Below, one piece after another: positions 59,477 through 64,000 of a stretch of 64,000 nt of DNA. The stretch is from the human T2T-CHM13v2.0 reference genome, Homo sapiens. How positions within the stretch are numbered: position 1 is the first letter of the stretch; the number at the start of each line of letters is the position of its first letter. The translations under genes and the position numbers were made by a program. The notes below the pieces were generated by a model that was not told the DNA's origin, made no database searches, and saw only the letters and a list, made by a program, of their open reading frames with translations. Location of the stretch: assembly GCF_009914755.1 (NCBI RefSeq), contig NC_060939.1, one strand, 5' to 3'.

Positions 59477-59628
59477 GATTATCTGAACCTTCTTCTATTG
59501 CAAAACATGAAGATAGTTTGCTTAAGGATTTATTTCAAGACTACGAAAGATGGGTTCGTCCTGTGGAACACCTGAATGACAAAATAAAAATAAAATTTGG
59601 ACTTGCAATATCTCAATTGGTGGATGTG
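59477..59628 (+). CDS. CHRNA5: CHRNA5 exon 2 ([50 protein letters not shown])
   Basis: atacag|GA...GTG|gtaggt; nAChR N-terminal helix and VRPV motif; the gene continues beyond the window. Confidence 0.97.
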
Positions 59629-62135
59629 GTAGGTGTGCATATCCTTCTATAGTCAATTTCCCACAGATTTAGTGAGAGCCTGGTGTGTGCCCAGGCACTG
59701 TGCTAGGCACCAAGGATTACAAAGGTGATTGAAGCAGTCCTTTGCCTGAAGGAACTCACCAGGGAAAAGTAGTGATTGTGTCACATACATGATAACACAC
59801 TGTGTTTATATATTTTATAGTTTAGAAACTGTTTATCTCAATTTGGTAATTATAAGTCTATCTTTAACAAATTCAAAGATCTAAAACATTGTGTATTCCT
59901 TAAATGTGTTAAAAATAGTTTCAAAAAGTTAGCTTGAAAGGAGGGAAAAGAAAATAAATTTTTAAGTTTAAGAGAAAAAGTCCAAAAATAGAGTGATAGA
60001 TTCTTAGGAACTAAAAGTATCACAAGAGATCATTATCTTGGGCTCACACTTAAAACATTTCAGAAATTTTTCTATATGACGTTCATTAGTAGAATAAGTT
60101 CCCTTGATAAATTGTACTTATTGTCAAGAGATCCTATCTATTTAAACTAAAACATTCATGCTAATTTTTAAACTAGTTTCTTCTTGTTCTGAACATGTAA
60201 ATCAATAATTATTTCCCTGTTGTGTTCCCAAAATAACCAAGTATATGTATATTTATATATATGTATGTTTTAAAATAACATTTATAGATGTGCTTTATGT
60301 TCTGATTACAGAAGCATTGCGTGATTTTTGTAGAGAATTTGGAAAGTGCAAAAAATACAAATGAGAAAATAAAAAGTGACTGTAATTCTACTACCCGGAG
60401 ATGACTAATGTTAATAATTAGTTGTGTTTCTTGCCAGTCTGTCTTTGTGTATATGTTACAAAATTGGAATAATATTTTAGAAATAATTTTGATTACTGCT
60501 TTTTCTCTACTATGACATGATGAACATTTTCTTATGTCATTACATACTCTCCAAATATAATTTTTAATAGTTACATATTTCATCTATAATTTAAGCATTC
60601 TCCCATTTTGAACAGAAGCTTGTTTCCAATTTTTCTTATTATAATTAACAATGATGAATATATTTGTACACAAATGCCTGAACGTCTCCTTTCCTTAAGA
60701 AAGGCAGTTAGTGAACCAAAGGATATACCTTTTTCAAAGTCTATTGCTATGTCATCTAATTGCTTCCAGAAAGGTTAATGAATATATGTGGACTGTGTGT
60801 GCTCAGCCCTTAGCTAGTCAATATGGGGAGATTTTAAATGAAAATAGGAAAGTGGAAAAGTAAGGTGGTAGCCAGGTGTGGTGGTTCATGCCTGTTATCC
60901 CAGCACTTTGGGAGGCCAAGGTGGGTGGATCACTTGAGGTCAGGAGTTCCAGACCAGCCTGGCCAATATAGCAAAACCTCATTTCTATCAAAAATACAAA
61001 AATTAGCTGGGCGGTGGTCCGTGCCTGTAATCCCAGCTACTCAGGAGGCTGAGACAGGAGAATCGTTTGAACCCTGGGAAGCAGAGGTTGCAGTGAGTTG
61101 AGATTGCACCACTGCACTCCAGCCTGGGCAACAGAGCAAGACTCTGTCTCAAAAAAAAAAAAAAAAGAAAAAGTAAGGTGGGTGGGGCTTGCTCTCAAAG
61201 ATCTTTCTGGTTGAGGTCATTGACACACAAATGGTGTAGAAAACTGTAGCACTAAATCATGATGCCAGAAAGAGCTGGGAATGCAGATCTTAATGAATGA
61301 CCTTATCAAAGAAGGTAGGGTAGATGAGGTGGCACCCGAGCTGGCTTTGTAGGAAGTGTAGGGTTTCAACGTGGCAGAGAGGAAAAGTATTTAAGTACAA
61401 AGGAACAATATAGTTGTAGGTATATAAGTGATAACTGAGCCTTCCTGTACAGCTGTTTAGATCAAAAGATGAATGTTGGGAGCCCTGGCATACAGGAGTG
61501 GTCTGACTGGACGGTGGAGAAGGTGAGGAGAATCCCTGCATGCCACTTCGTCTTTACTCCTGCCATGTTTACTTCTTGGGAGAATTTTCCTACTGGCACT
61601 AGCCATTTATTATTCAAGGCCAAATTCATCTGTCAGACCCTTTGTGAAATCTTTCCAGAATCCATAAGACAGCCTCTCCTGTGTTCAAAATTTTTTTTTT
61701 TTTGCACTTTAATATGGTGCCCATTACACTCACTGGTACTCATGTGCTCTGGCATTTCATCTTCAAAGCTGGGTGAACTTTATTCCTTGTATCTGTCCCA
61801 GAACCTAGCACGGTATCTGGTACATAGTAAATGCTGAATGAGTGAGAGACCTGATAGGCAACAGACACGATCAAAGCAGTACTTTCAGAAGATCAGTAAA
61901 ACAGTAATGTACATGGTTTTGAGGAGTGAAAGAGAGACTAGAAAATGAAAGGCAAGTTAGAAGACCACATACAAGAAGGAACAGGACTTGACCACTGAAT
62001 ATGGAGGGAGGCATCACATTTTGAAGCCTAGGTGATTAGAGTGGAAGAGTAACACATTTGAAAAATACTGTCGGCCGGGCACAGTGGCTCACGCCTGTAA
62101 TCCCAGCACTTTGGGAGGCCGAGGCAGGTAGATCA

Positions 62136-62438
<303 letters not shown>

Positions 62439-64000
62439 TTAATTCCAAAGAAAATGTTCACTAGCTTTTGGGAAGTCAAGACTGGCTCTGAGATGACAGA
62501 TGAGAACAAGGATGTCCATCTGGAATTGCTGGCCTGGAGGAGACTGTTGAAAACTTTGATGAGTTTTCTTTGTTTTTGTTTTTGCCCTTGCCTCTCACCT
62601 CCCAGTTTGATGAGTTTTTAAAGTTAGTGGGAAGAGCAGGAACCTGATCCTTGAGGAACATTTGTAGAAAGTGGTAGAAGGAAGGGGTAACCAAGCAGAG
62701 AAGTTGGGGAAGGGTTGCTTCTTGAGAGAAGAGCCCAAAAAATGAAATGTCAGTGACTACGAAAGCAGAAGAGGACTGCAGTCAGGGGAGATGAAGGGTG
62801 AGGGCTCTGGAGATGGAGAATGGGAAATTCACTGAATTGTGTCTGAGATGTTTTAGGTTCCTTTTATCGCTAAGCTCCCCGGAATCATATTTGGTGGATT
62901 CCTGCCTTATTTCCCACATATTCTGTCTTTTTTTTGTTTTTAAATCTCATTTTTGGCTTGTTTGTTTTGATTTTAAAGATAAAATCTTTTTATAAATACG
63001 ATTACCCCTGAAACTCTTCTGCTATATTTACACATGTAGTTAACATTTTTCCATTTGTTAGTTTAGGTTTCCTCCTGGGGATCATCGTACATTTATCTGT
63101 CCTCAGTTCATTTTTGTTGCATCCTCCATTGTGCTGAGCACATTATAGATGCTTGGGAGGTATTTGAGGTCACATTAAATTAGGCGGTATCCCTTATGGT
63201 AATGGCTAACCACCACATCTTAGGGGCCATTTGTGAACTTATGGATTATTCTTTTATCTGTGTTATTGTTGAAAGTGCTAAGTATTGACTGGGAGCCCAA
63301 TTTATGTGTGTGTGCACATTTTTCTAGGGAAAGGCCCATAAGTTTCATTAGATTCTCAAAGATGACCTATTGCTATATACTATCATCATGGGTAATATGT
63401 TTACCAGAACTTTCCTAATTATAAATGCCTCTGTTTAGAACTTTTGCCTAACAGGCATATTCAGATACGGGGATCAGCAGTTATTCTGGGTGGTGTGCGA
63501 CTAGGGTGGATAGCAGAGTTGGTGGCTTTAGATTTAGGAAATTTGAGTTCTAAAATCAGTGCTACCAGTAATCGGTGCTGTGACTTTAAGCAAGTCACCT
63601 CTCTGGGCCAGTTTCTGTCGCCTAGGCTGGAGTGCAGTGACATGATCTCGGCTCACTACAACCTCTGCCTTCCAGATTCAAGCGGTTCTCCCACCTCAGA
63701 CTCCTGAGTAGCTGGGACTACAGGTGTGCCACCATGCCCGGCTACTTTTTGTATTTTTAGTAGAGACCAGGTTTCATCATATTGGCCAGTCTGGTCTCGA
63801 ACTCCTGACCTCGTGATCCACCCGTCTTGGCCTCCCAAGTGCTGGGATTACAGGTGTGAGCCACCGTGCCCAGCCAGCTCTGGTGTTTTAATCAAGGAAA
63901 ATTGCTCTTTGGAACTGCAGTGTAAGAGAGATGGCCGTGCTGCATTTCCCAGTACTCATTCTCCCCATGCAGGGACCTCATGGAGCTGCCTGCATCCTCA

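Overview
Human genomic DNA, recognisable from its proteins as 15q25.1, the nicotine-dependence/lung-cancer GWAS locus. On the + strand it holds the last two coding exons of HYKK (AGPHD1), the complete PSMA4 gene (9 exons; spliced CDS 786 nt = 261 aa + stop) and the CpG-island promoter plus exons 1-2 of CHRNA5. Most of the rest is interspersed repeats (roughly 50 Alus, plus L1, L2, MaLR/ERV LTRs and hAT/Tc-mariner MITEs). Almost all entries in the ORF track are Alu/LTR artefacts. The most striking unexplained signal is a chain of about 15 exon-like units on the minus strand, lying in the unique DNA between CHRNA5 and PSMA4 and running into PSMA4 intron 8. They have strong acceptors, GT donors, partly phase-compatible junctions and broken reading frames, which suggests a decayed multi-exon gene or a spliced antisense transcript; this is unverified. 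Other leads: an open non-AUG in-frame extension upstream of the CHRNA5 ATG that contains 5'UTR variants; an in-frame Alu cassette 53 nt before CHRNA5 exon 2; a stop codon created by splicing into an L2-derived HYKK terminal exon; and a CHRNA5 promoter that appears to carry the ins-T-G-G haplotype. Repeat boundaries are approximate, and rsIDs are recalled from memory and need checking.
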